Shown piece by piece: positions 36,431-44,438 of a DNA stretch of 64,000 nt (the stretch's first letter is position 1; each line of letters begins with the position of its first letter). Source of the stretch: an uncultured Rhizobium sp. (GTDB lineage: Bacteria; Pseudomonadota; Alphaproteobacteria; Rickettsiales; UBA1997); the NCBI GenBank assembly GCA_964506725.1, contig CAZDLU010000008.1:73-64072 (forward strand). Direction: 5' to 3'. The position numbers were made by a program, and so were the translations under genes. The notes beneath the pieces were generated by a model. That model worked only from the letters and a program-made list of their open reading frames with translations. It did not search any database and was not told where the DNA came from.

Positions 36431-37288
36431 ATGATTCTAAAAATTATCAAAAATTCTGCGTTAGCATTAGCGCTAAGTGCAGGTGTGGCCTTTGCTGCAG
36501 ATGATGTAAAAATCACTGAAAGCGTAACTTTTCATTACGATAAATATCCGCCAAGCGCCTATAGCAAAGAAGTGGCGGTTGTTAATTGGAACAGTCAAGA
36601 AGGAATTGAAAGATTTAATCGCAGCGAATTTAAAGGCGATTTTTTCCGTTTGGCTCATCATTACGCGCCGCAGCCAAATCCGGTAGCCTGCGGACAAGCA
36701 GCGGCCACAATAGTTTTGGGCGCAATTTATGAATTAAATAAAACGCCGTTCCCGCTTGTTGAAGAATGGCCGGTGGCAATTGGCGATAAAAAATATCCGC
36801 TGCAATATCGCTTATTTAACGAAGGAAATTTTTTCAATGAAGCAACTGATAAAATTTTAAACAGAAAAACAATTTACATGAAAATGACCAAAGCTGACGG
36901 CACGTTCGGCGGCGGCGTTGATATTGATGAATTGCAAGCAATGCTTAAAGTTCACGGTGTAAAATCGAAATTGGTTTTTGCTGATAAATATGATGATGAA
37001 AAACTTGCAGAGTTTAGAAAGTTAGTTAAGGAAGTTGTAAATTCTGACAAAAAGTTTTTGATTTTGAATTACGATCATTCATACAAGAACCTTATGGGTG
37101 GCCATTTCTCGCCGGTTGCGGCCTATGATGAAAAATCTGATTCGGTTTTAATGTTAGATGTTGCAGCACACAGAAATCCTTGGATTTGGATTAATCTAAG
37201 CGACATTTATCACGCGATGAATACTAAAAATTATGCCGGAACTAATTATCGCGGTTATTTGATTATTGATAGTAAGTTGCGGAAGTAA
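36431..37288 (+). CDS. secreted phytochelatin-synthase-like (NsPCS-type papain-fold) protein
   Basis: Start at ATG 36431 (MILKIIKNSALALALSAGVAFA signal peptide); the track ORF starts at an upstream TTG. Catalytic Cys context ACGQAAATIVLGAI. GGHFSPVAAYDEKSDSVLMLDVA and IWINLSDIYHAMNT closely parallel Nostoc NsPCS as recalled. Confidence 0.8.
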   Translation: MILKIIKNSALALALSAGVAFAADDVKITESVTFHYDKYPPSAYSKEVAVVNWNSQEGIERFNRSEFKGDFFRLAHHYAPQPNPVACGQAAATIVLGAIYELNKTPFPLVEEWPVAIGDKKYPLQYRLFNEGNFFNEATDKILNRKTIYMKMTKADGTFGGGVDIDELQAMLKVHGVKSKLVFADKYDDEKLAEFRKLVKEVVNSDKKFLILNYDHSYKNLMGGHFSPVAAYDEKSDSVLMLDVAAHRNPWIWINLSDIYHAMNTKNYAGTNYRGYLIIDSKLRK

Positions 37289-37332
37289 TTATTAAAAAGT
37301 AGCTTGGCCCCTTTTCCAAAAACTCGATCTAT

Positions 37333-37385
37333 TCATCCTCTCCTTGAGGGAGGATCGAAGCTACGCCATTAGCTTCGAGGAGGGG
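37333..37385. repeat. RPE-like element (family 1), partial copy
   Basis: tcatcctctccttgagggaggatcgaagctacgccattagcttcgaggagggg. This is the left terminus and central stems only. Confidence 0.75.
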
Positions 37386-37422
37386 CTGCGATGTAGAATA
37401 CAAATAATTTTTCTCACAATAA

Positions 37423-37538
37423 TTATCCTCCCCTTGAGGGAGGATCGAAGAGCGAAGCGATTCGAGGAGGGGTTTATCTGTGAGACGACCCCTCCTCGAA
37501 GCTGTTGTACAGCTTTGATCCTCCCAAGGGGAGAATAA
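37423..37538. repeat. RPE-like element (family 1), full intergenic copy
   Basis: 116 bp: ttatcctccccttgagggaggatcgaagagcgaagcgattcgaggagggg...cccctcctcgaagctgttgtacagctttgatcctcccaaggggagaataa. Confidence 0.85.
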
Positions 37539-37646
37539 TTAAACCGAGCAACAAGCCCTTCATTTACGCAGTCTCTGACTCGGAAAAGGTGAACATGAAA
37601 TGACAAATTTTTCCGGACATAAAGTAGTCTGACCCTTTTTAAGAAA

Positions 37647-37753
37647 ATATACCAAAACATAAATCTATACTCCTAACCAACTTCGTCTTTTTGGTAAAAA
37701 TTTGCTCGAAAATACTTTGTTGGTTAGGAGTATAGATTTATGTTTTGGTATAT
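37647..37753. repeat. perfect 35-bp inverted repeat with a 37-bp spacer upstream of cyoA
   Basis: Arms atataccaaaacataaatctatactcctaaccaac (37647-37681) and gttggttaggagtatagatttatgttttggtatat (37719-37753). It ends 88 nt upstream of the cyoA start. Confidence 0.85.
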
Positions 37754-37840
37754 GAAAAATTTACAAATTTTTCCCAGCTAATCATAGATAATTGACAGGC
37801 AGAAATCGAAAATTTACTGATCTAATTAAATCAGTAAAAA

Positions 37841-38680
37841 ATGTTGAAAAACCTGATTATATTTTTTCTTCTTACAGGATGCGACTTAACGCTCCTTGAT
37901 TCTAAAGGCCAAATAGGAGTTGAGGAAAAATGGCTTATGTTGGTTTCGCTTGGCGCGATGCTGATTGTGGTGATACCTGTTATAGTGATGGCGGTTTTTT
38001 TTGCTTGGAAATATCGCGCTTCGAATCCTCACGCAACTTACAAACCGCACTGGAATTTTTCTTACAAAATCGAAGCTGTCATTTGGGGAATTCCTTGTTT
38101 GATTATTATGGTGCTTGCAACTATTTGCTGGCAATCAACTCACAAGCTTGATCCGGCAAATCCGATTAAATCAGATGTGGAGCCGATTGAAATTGATGTG
38201 ATAGCTCTTGATTGGAAATGGTTATTTATTTATCCCAAAGAACATATTGCAACTGTTAATCAAGTAGCATTTCCGGTGAATGTTCCGGTGCGATTTGAAA
38301 TTACTTCCGATTCGGTAATGAATTCTTTTTTTATTCCGCAACTCGGCAGCCAGATTTACGCTATGGCCGGCATGGATGCAAGGCTACATTTAATCGCCAA
38401 TCACATCGGTACTTATGACGGAATTTCTGCCAACTTTAGCGGCGAAGGATTTTCGGGAATGAATTTTAAAGCGCTGGTAGTTTCTAAAGATGATTTCGAT
38501 AAATGGTTAGCAAAAGTTCGGCTTTCTAAAAATGTGCTGGAAGATAAAAGTTATGCGGAACTAGCGAAGCCAAGTGAATATGATGCGGTGAAATATTATT
38601 CGAAAATTGATGCGGAGATTTTTCGAAAGATTATTGGGAAATATATGAAGATGGATCCGGATTTGAAAGTTAGGAATTAA
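37841..38680 (+). CDS. cyoA: cytochrome o ubiquinol oxidase subunit II
   Basis: 279 aa. Lipoprotein signal (FFLLTGC), two TM helices, cupredoxin-like domain (VRFEITSDSVMNSFFIPQLGSQIYAMAGM). Confidence 0.9.
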   Translation: MLKNLIIFFLLTGCDLTLLDSKGQIGVEEKWLMLVSLGAMLIVVIPVIVMAVFFAWKYRASNPHATYKPHWNFSYKIEAVIWGIPCLIIMVLATICWQSTHKLDPANPIKSDVEPIEIDVIALDWKWLFIYPKEHIATVNQVAFPVNVPVRFEITSDSVMNSFFIPQLGSQIYAMAGMDARLHLIANHIGTYDGISANFSGEGFSGMNFKALVVSKDDFDKWLAKVRLSKNVLEDKSYAELAKPSEYDAVKYYSKIDAEIFRKIIGKYMKMDPDLKVRN

Positions 38681-38695
38681 ATAATTTTTCTCGCA

Positions 38696-38714
38696 CTCCC
38701 CTTGAGGGAGGATG
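38696..38714. repeat. terminal fragment of the RPE-like element in the cyoA-cyoB spacer
   Basis: ctccccttgagggaggatg matches the element terminus and contains the first in-frame ATG (38712) of the cyoB ORF. Confidence 0.6.
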
Positions 38715-40694
38715 ATTATCGAGTTACTTAAATCAAATTTTATGCTAGGAAAACTTACTCTTGAAAACATTCCTTTCGACCAACCAATCATCATGGGCGC
38801 TGTTGCTTTCATGGCTTTAAGCGCTTTCTTCATCATTGCGGCATTAACTTATTTTAAGAAATGGCAATGGTTATGGACGGAATATTTAACCTCCGTTGAT
38901 CACAAGAAAATCGGCATCATGTATATTATTGTTGCTCTTATCATGTTATTGCGCGGGTTCATAGACGCAATAATGATGCGCTCGCAACAGGCTTTAGCAC
39001 TTGGCGCCAATCACGGTTATTTGCCGCCCGAACATTACGACCAAGTTTTTAGCGCGCACGGTGTTATCATGATTTTTTTTGTGGCGATGCCTTTTGTTGC
39101 AGGGTTAATGAATGTGATAGTGCCGTTGCAATTAGGCGCGCGCGATGTGGCTTTTCCTTTTTTAAATTCCGTAAGTTTGTGGTTAAATATAGTTGGTGCG
39201 GTGCTCGTCAATCTTTCGCTTTTCATCGGGGAATTCGCCAGAACAGGCTGGTCAGCCTATCCACCTTTATCGGAACTTACTTTTAGCCCCGATAGCGGAG
39301 TCGATTATTACATTTGGAGTTTACAAATTGCCGGAATAGGAACCTTGCTTACGGCAATAAATTTCTTTGTAACAATAATAAAAATGCGGGCACCCGGTAT
39401 GAAATTTATGGACATGCCGATTTTTTGTTGGAACGCTTTATGCACCAGCATTTTGATTTTGGCGGCCTTTCCGATTTTAACCGTGACGCTAGGTCTGCTC
39501 TCGCTTGATCGCTATCTTGACATGCATTTTTTTACCAATGAATTGGGTGGTTCGCCCATGCTTTACGTCAATCTTTTTTGGGCTTGGGGTCATCCGGAAG
39601 TTTATATTTTAATCTTGCCCGCTTTCGCTGTTTTTTCTGAAGTCAGCGCCACTTTTTCCAACAAAAAATTATTTGGTTACGCTTCGATGGTGTGGGCTAC
39701 GGTAGCAATTACCGTTTTATCTTTCATCGTGTGGCTGCATCACTTTTTTACGATGGGCGCGGGCGCTAATGTTAACGCCTTTTTTGGCATTGCGACGATG
39801 ATTATTGCAATTCCGACGGGCGTAAAAATATTTACGTGGCTTTTTACCATGTATCGAGGCCGCTTGCGTTTGAACACGCCGATTTTATGGACTGTTGGTT
39901 TCATTGTAACTTTTTCAATCGGCGGTATGACGGGTGTATTGCTTGCGATGCCGGGTGCTGATTTTATGTTGCATAACAGCTTATTTTTAATTGCCCATTT
40001 TCATAATGTAATTATCGGCGGCGCGCTGTTTGGCTATTTCGCGGGACTGGTTTATTGGTTTCCGAAAATGTTTGGATTTACGCTAAGTGAAAAGTTAGGG
40101 AAGGGTGCTTTCTGGTGTTGGATCGTAGGATTTTACACGGCCTTCATGCCGCTTTATATTTTGGGTTTTATGGGCATGACCCGCCGCCTTAATCATTATG
40201 ACAATCCGGCGTGGCAACCTTATTTGATTATCGCCGCGGCAGGTGTTGCAATTATTGCAATTGGTATTTTATTTCAAGTCGCGCAACTTGTTTTAGGTTT
40301 TAGAAATCGCCAAAAAAACATTGATGTAACGGGAGACCCGTGGGACGGACGCACGCTGGAATGGTCAACTTCTTCGCCGCCGCCTTTTTATAATTTTGCC
40401 GAAATTCCTTATGTTCATGGGCGCGATGAATTTACTTTTATGAAGGAAAATAAAATCGCTAAACCTATCAACTATCACGATATTCACATGCCGTGCAACA
40501 CTTCTATTGGCTTATTTATTGGCGTTTTTAGTTTTGTTTTCGGTTTCGCCATGATTTGGCATATTTGGTGGATGGCAATTTTGGGCGCGCTGGGAATTTT
40601 GGTTTCGACATTAATTAGAATGTTTGAAAAAAATATTGATTACTATGTGCCCGCCGCAGAAGTGGCGCGCATCGAGCAATTAGGAGGAAAATGA
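38712..40694 (+). CDS. cyoB: cytochrome o ubiquinol oxidase subunit I
   Basis: 660 aa. Heme-copper oxidase subunit I signatures ([48 protein letters not shown]). Alignment to E. coli CyoB (MFGKLSLDAVPF) suggests the true start may be ATG 38742 ([12 protein letters not shown]). Confidence 0.92.
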   Translation: MIIELLKSNFMLGKLTLENIPFDQPIIMGAVAFMALSAFFIIAALTYFKKWQWLWTEYLTSVDHKKIGIMYIIVALIMLLRGFIDAIMMRSQQALALGANHGYLPPEHYDQVFSAHGVIMIFFVAMPFVAGLMNVIVPLQLGARDVAFPFLNSVSLWLNIVGAVLVNLSLFIGEFARTGWSAYPPLSELTFSPDSGVDYYIWSLQIAGIGTLLTAINFFVTIIKMRAPGMKFMDMPIFCWNALCTSILILAAFPILTVTLGLLSLDRYLDMHFFTNELGGSPMLYVNLFWAWGHPEVYILILPAFAVFSEVSATFSNKKLFGYASMVWATVAITVLSFIVWLHHFFTMGAGANVNAFFGIATMIIAIPTGVKIFTWLFTMYRGRLRLNTPILWTVGFIVTFSIGGMTGVLLAMPGADFMLHNSLFLIAHFHNVIIGGALFGYFAGLVYWFPKMFGFTLSEKLGKGAFWCWIVGFYTAFMPLYILGFMGMTRRLNHYDNPAWQPYLIIAAAGVAIIAIGILFQVAQLVLGFRNRQKNIDVTGDPWDGRTLEWSTSSPPPFYNFAEIPYVHGRDEFTFMKENKIAKPINYHDIHMPCNTSIGLFIGVFSFVFGFAMIWHIWWMAILGALGILVSTLIRMFEKNIDYYVPAAEVARIEQLGGK

Positions 40695-41449
40695 GCAAAA
40701 TTATTTCAATTGAATTTCCACGATTTTCTTATCCTCCCTTTGAGAGAGGATCGAAGAGCGCAGCGATTCGAGGAGGGGTTAATCTCGGAGATCAACCCCT
40801 CCTCGAAACTGCTTACACAGCTTCGATCCTCCCTCAAGGGGAGGATGAAAACCAGCAAGATTTTGAAAAAACACATAATGACGATCACGGCGATGAAAGC
40901 AGAACCGTGCTTGGTTTTTGGATTTATCTAATGACTGACTGCATATTATTCGCCACTTTATTTGCGGTATTTGCCGTGCTAAGAAATAATTTTTTCGGTG
41001 GTCCAACCGGTAAAGAAATATTTGAATTATCTTATGTGTTAATTGAAACAATTTTACTTTTAATTAGCAGCGTAACTTACGGAATGGCGATGCTGGCTTT
41101 TTTTAAACGCGCCAAAAAACAAGTTATTTTTTGGCTGTTGATTACTTTTTTATGCGGCTTGATTTTTGTTTTGATGGAAATAAATGAATTTCATCATTTG
41201 ATTGCAGAAGGCCACGGACCCAGTAAAAGCGCCTTTCTATCAAGCTTTTTTACTTTAGTTGCAACTCATGGTTTGCACGTTACTTTCGGTTTAATTTGGA
41301 TGATCGTTATGATAATTCAGATTTTGCAAAGTCATGAATTTGATACGGTTCTTCGCAAACGCTTGACTTGCCTCAGTTTGTTTTGGCACTTTCTTGATAT
41401 TATCTGGATAGGAGTTTTTACCTTCGTTTATTTAATGGGAGTAATATGA
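40691..41449 (+). CDS. cyoC: cytochrome o ubiquinol oxidase subunit III carrying an in-frame 40-codon palindromic-element insertion
   Basis: 252 aa versus ~204 in E. coli. Conserved core from [14 protein letters not shown] to [21 protein letters not shown]. The start ATG overlaps the cyoB stop (ATGA) and is preceded by aggagg. Residues ~14-53 are encoded by the 120-bp element. Confidence 0.88.
   Translation: MSKIISIEFPRFSYPPFERGSKSAAIRGGVNLGDQPLLETAYTASILPQGEDENQQDFEKTHNDDHGDESRTVLGFWIYLMTDCILFATLFAVFAVLRNNFFGGPTGKEIFELSYVLIETILLLISSVTYGMAMLAFFKRAKKQVIFWLLITFLCGLIFVLMEINEFHHLIAEGHGPSKSAFLSSFFTLVATHGLHVTFGLIWMIVMIIQILQSHEFDTVLRKRLTCLSLFWHFLDIIWIGVFTFVYLMGVI
40729..40848. repeat. RPE-like element (family 1) inserted in frame in cyoC
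   Basis: 120 bp: ttatcctccctttgagagaggatcgaagagcgcagcgattcgaggaggggttaatctcggagatcaacccctcctcgaaactgcttacacagcttcgatcctccctcaaggggaggatga. No stop codon in the cyoC frame. Confidence 0.88.
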
Positions 41450-41754
41450 AAGAAATTAATGCCGGCACTTTTTCATCTTACATTAGCGGTTTTATTCTTT
41501 CGCTTATTTTAACCGCTTTGCCATTTTGGATTGTGATGCACCCAGAGTTTTCGCGCTCTGTTATAATTGTTGCGATTGTTACTTTGGCGCTAATGCAAAT
41601 AATTATTCATCTTGTTTGCTTCCTACATTTAACTAGCACGCCCGAGCCTTTTTGGAATATTATTTCTTTTATTTTTACGATTCTGATCGTGGCGCTGTTG
41701 GTTGGAGGAACGGTTTGGATTATGATTAATTTGATGAATAATTTGATGCCATGA
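41446..41754 (+). CDS. cyoD: cytochrome o ubiquinol oxidase subunit IV
   Basis: 102 aa, three TM helices. Its start overlaps the cyoC stop, at the conserved operon position. Confidence 0.85.
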   Translation: MKEINAGTFSSYISGFILSLILTALPFWIVMHPEFSRSVIIVAIVTLALMQIIIHLVCFLHLTSTPEPFWNIISFIFTILIVALLVGGTVWIMINLMNNLMP

Positions 41755-41779
41755 ATTTATTTAAAGAAGACTTTGTTTT

Positions 41780-41899
41780 TTATCCTCCCCTTGAGGGAGG
41801 ATCGAAGAGCACAGCGATTCGAGGAGGGGTGTGTCTCGGAGGTTAACTCCTCCTCGAAGCTGTTGGCACAGCTTCGATCCTCACTCAAGGGGAGGATAA
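41780..41899. repeat. RPE-like element (family 1) in the cyoD-cyoE spacer
   Basis: 120 bp: ttatcctccccttgagggaggatcgaagagcacagcgattcgaggagggg...ctcctcctcgaagctgttggcacagcttcgatcctcactcaaggggaggataa. Confidence 0.88.
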
Positions 41900-41928
41900 A
41901 ATATCGGGGCTTATTACGAAACTTTCCC

Positions 41929-42741
41929 ATGATTAAAAAATATCTCCAACTTACAAAACCGGGAATTGTTCTTGGTAATTTAATTTCAGCAACCGGCGGA
42001 TTTCTGCTGGCGGCGCATGGAAATTTTTTTTGGAAATTATTTTTTGTAACAATGACAGGTACGGCTTTGGTGATTGCTTCGGCCTGTATCTTCAACAATT
42101 ATATCGATCGTGATATTGACGCGAAAATGCAACGCACTTGCAAACGCATTATTCCGCCAAAAATAATTTTGCTTTACGCTTCGCTAATTTTTTTGGCCGG
42201 AATTTTCGTTCTTTATTTTTTAGTAAATCCGCTTTCGGCAATTCTCGCATTTTCAGGTTTTATAATTTATGTAGGAATTTACAGTCTTTGCTTAAAACGC
42301 CATTCAATTTTTGCAACATTGGTCGGAAGCTTGTCCGGCGCGATTCCACCGGTTATTGGTTATGTTGCAATCACCAACAATTTTGATCTCGGCGCTTTTT
42401 TGTTGATGCTAATTTTCATCCTCTGGCAAATGCCGCATTCCTACGCGCTTGGTATTCTTTATCTTAATGATTACAGCAAAGCCAAGATTCCGCTACTTCC
42501 TGTACAACTTGCCAAAGTTCATATTATTTTTTATATCGCCGCCTTAATTGTTGCCGAAGCAATGCTAACCATAAGCGGCTATACCGGCTATGCTTATTTA
42601 ATTATTGTAAGTCTAATTGGAATTTACTGGCTCTACACCGCATTATCAAAGGCTGAAAACCAACTCTGGGCCCGCAAAATTTTTATCATTTCGATTGTAA
42701 ATATCACACTTGTCAGCTTTATGATGGCGCTAAATAATTAA
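41929..42741 (+). CDS. cyoE: protoheme IX farnesyltransferase (heme O synthase)
   Basis: I chose the start at ATG 41929 (MIKKYLQLTKPGIVLGNLISATGGFLLA), which parallels E. coli CyoE [22 protein letters not shown]. The track ORF starts at TTG 41773 only because the upstream element is open in this frame. NNYIDRDIDAKM motif. Confidence 0.9.
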   Translation: MIKKYLQLTKPGIVLGNLISATGGFLLAAHGNFFWKLFFVTMTGTALVIASACIFNNYIDRDIDAKMQRTCKRIIPPKIILLYASLIFLAGIFVLYFLVNPLSAILAFSGFIIYVGIYSLCLKRHSIFATLVGSLSGAIPPVIGYVAITNNFDLGAFLLMLIFILWQMPHSYALGILYLNDYSKAKIPLLPVQLAKVHIIFYIAALIVAEAMLTISGYTGYAYLIIVSLIGIYWLYTALSKAENQLWARKIFIISIVNITLVSFMMALNN

Positions 42742-42804
42742 AAAGGTGACTGGCCTCTTTAAAGAATTAATCACCTTTGAGTTTTTTTTCACTCTTAGCT
42801 AATT

Positions 42805-43278
42805 TTACCTCTCAACAATCTCTTTTTCTAAACTTCTTTTTGCTTCTATATATTTTTCAACTTCCTCTGCAGTAGCTTTCCCCACTAATTTCGCAGCATG
42901 ATGATAAGAAAGTTTTTCTAATTCAACAATATTGTCCGATTTAAATAAAAGACGATTACAATCGCGCGAAATCCATCCTATTTGCGGCGACGAGCTTGAT
43001 TTTAGAAGAGCGCGACAGTTTTCTTGCAAAGCCATATAATCTTTTTCAAACCCGGTATAAACTGCACCCAAATCATGTTTTTGAGTTATGGTTTTAGTCT
43101 CTTCTTTAGATCCTAATTTATATAATTTCCCGTCTTCCCTAATTTCCCACATCGGCCCTTTGAGTAAAAAGTGCAAATTTTCCTGCAAATGTGATTGCCT
43201 GATTTGCTTATAAAATGGTTCAAGAGTTTGAAGATGATGGGCAAGTGGCAGTGCGAGAGGATTTATAACAGATTTCAT
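42805..43278 (-). CDS. hypothetical protein
   Basis: 157-aa ORF with ordinary composition. No family recognised. Confidence 0.4.
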   Translation of the reverse strand: MKSVINPLALPLAHHLQTLEPFYKQIRQSHLQENLHFLLKGPMWEIREDGKLYKLGSKEETKTITQKHDLGAVYTGFEKDYMALQENCRALLKSSSSPQIGWISRDCNRLLFKSDNIVELEKLSYHHAAKLVGKATAEEVEKYIEAKRSLEKEIVER

Positions 43279-43392
43279 GCGCTAATATAAGTTAATGAGG
43301 ATTTTTTTTAAGAATATTTTTTTAAAAGACAATTGGAAAAATAAAAGATAGTAGGAATAGGATTGATAAAAAGGGGCCAGGCTACTTTTACC

Positions 43393-43745
43393 TATGTTTA
43401 CCTTTTTCCTCACGATAAACGTGAAATGAAGAAACGGAGAGAAAATTGCCGAAAATTAAAGAAAATCCGGAAGAATTTGAAGACTAAGATAAACGTGAAA
43501 TGAATATTAAAAAAGCCGCGAAGTCCGCAAACGCAGGGGCTTGGAGAGGAATAAGAAAAATCACTAAAATCCACGAGAGATTTAGTGCGAAATTTTAAAT
43601 GGCGGTGTGGGTGATACCCATTTCGAACTATTCTCACAATTTTTAAAACCTTGATTTACATAGCTCCAGAGGCACTTTTCATATCAACCGGAAAGTTCGA
43701 AAGTGATTCAAGTGAACATGCGGGTGATACCTTTTGCGAACTAAC
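43393..43745 (+). repeat. island boundary repeat, copy A (tRNA-Ser-flank-like unit with pseudo tRNA 3' ends)
   Basis: Contains two ataaacgtgaaatg boxes (43415, 43489), gccgc.aa.tccgcaaacgcaggggcttggagagg, then tggcgg-tgtgggtgatacccatttcgaac (43600-43628) and a second ...gggtgataccttttgcgaac fragment. Alignable to copies B, C and D. Confidence 0.75.
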
Positions 43746-43796
43746 TTTTAGGACGCGTGAAAATTGATCACTGGATGCTCACCAAAAAAAATTAAT

Positions 43797-44405
43797 TTAT
43801 TGTTTTTTCCTTCCCATCCAAACCGTATGTCCCTGACAATTAGGATCTTCTTCTTTATACCTAACTACTTCAAATCCAAATTTTTTAAATAATTCCTGAT
43901 ATTCTTTTTTTGAAAGTGATGCGTGATAAAGATTTTCTCCATTATTATCGCTCCAAATTTCTCCTGCTTCTGGACCGCTAGTAAAAAGGAGGATTCCGCT
44001 CGGTTTGATCTGAGATTCAAAAATTTCAAACATCTTTCTTTGATCATCTTGCGTCAAATGAAAGAAACTGTCCCAGGCAATGATCGCATCAAATTTTTGG
44101 CGCAATTTTATTTTTCTCATATCGGCGAAAATAAAATTTGCATTTGGGAATTTTGCAGGAGGAAATTTCTTTAAAAAAAGATCCATCATTTTTTCGCTAC
44201 CATCAATGCCAGTTAAATCATAACCTTTTTCAATAAAAAATTTAGCAATCGGATCTCCTGCACCGCAGCCTAAATCAAGTATTGAAGAGCTTGTAGGAAT
44301 TGCCTTTACAATTAAATCTAAGTATTCTTTTTCTATCAAATTCTTCGATCGGTTTTGATCAAACCATTCCCCGATTTTATTGTAAGATTCGCAGATTTTT
44401 GTCAT
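43797..44405 (-). CDS. class I SAM-dependent methyltransferase (small-molecule type)
   Basis: 202 aa. Motif I ILDLGCGAGD, post-I LTGIDGSEKM, FDAIIAWDSFFHL. Confidence 0.8.
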   Translation of the reverse strand: MTKICESYNKIGEWFDQNRSKNLIEKEYLDLIVKAIPTSSSILDLGCGAGDPIAKFFIEKGYDLTGIDGSEKMMDLFLKKFPPAKFPNANFIFADMRKIKLRQKFDAIIAWDSFFHLTQDDQRKMFEIFESQIKPSGILLFTSGPEAGEIWSDNNGENLYHASLSKKEYQELFKKFGFEVVRYKEEDPNCQGHTVWMGRKKQ

Positions 44406-44438
44406 AAATTTTTTGTCATAAATAAGTACTGGCTAATT

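Noticed and set aside
41773-41928. 52-codon N-terminal extension of cyoE from a TTG start
   Set aside because: The extension is the translated intergenic element. The conserved CyoE N-terminus (MIKKYLQLTKPG) starts at ATG 41929.
43600-43628. tRNA-like 3' fragments (43600-43628, 45966-45995, 50897-50935, and second fragments near 43715, 46066, 51010) considered as possible tRNA genes
   Set aside because: Only acceptor/T-loop-like tails are present. There is no D-arm, anticodon arm or paired T-stem, so I treat them as att-site or tRNA-flank relics, not genes.
43410-43637. Short ORFs inside the island repeat units (43410..43637, 45791..45997, 50689..50982, 50906..51160, 61867..62091, 61933..62133, 61943..62146)
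   Set aside because: They lie in the diverged non-coding repeat copies. Their reading frames are not conserved between copies, and none resembles an integrase, excisionase or transposase.
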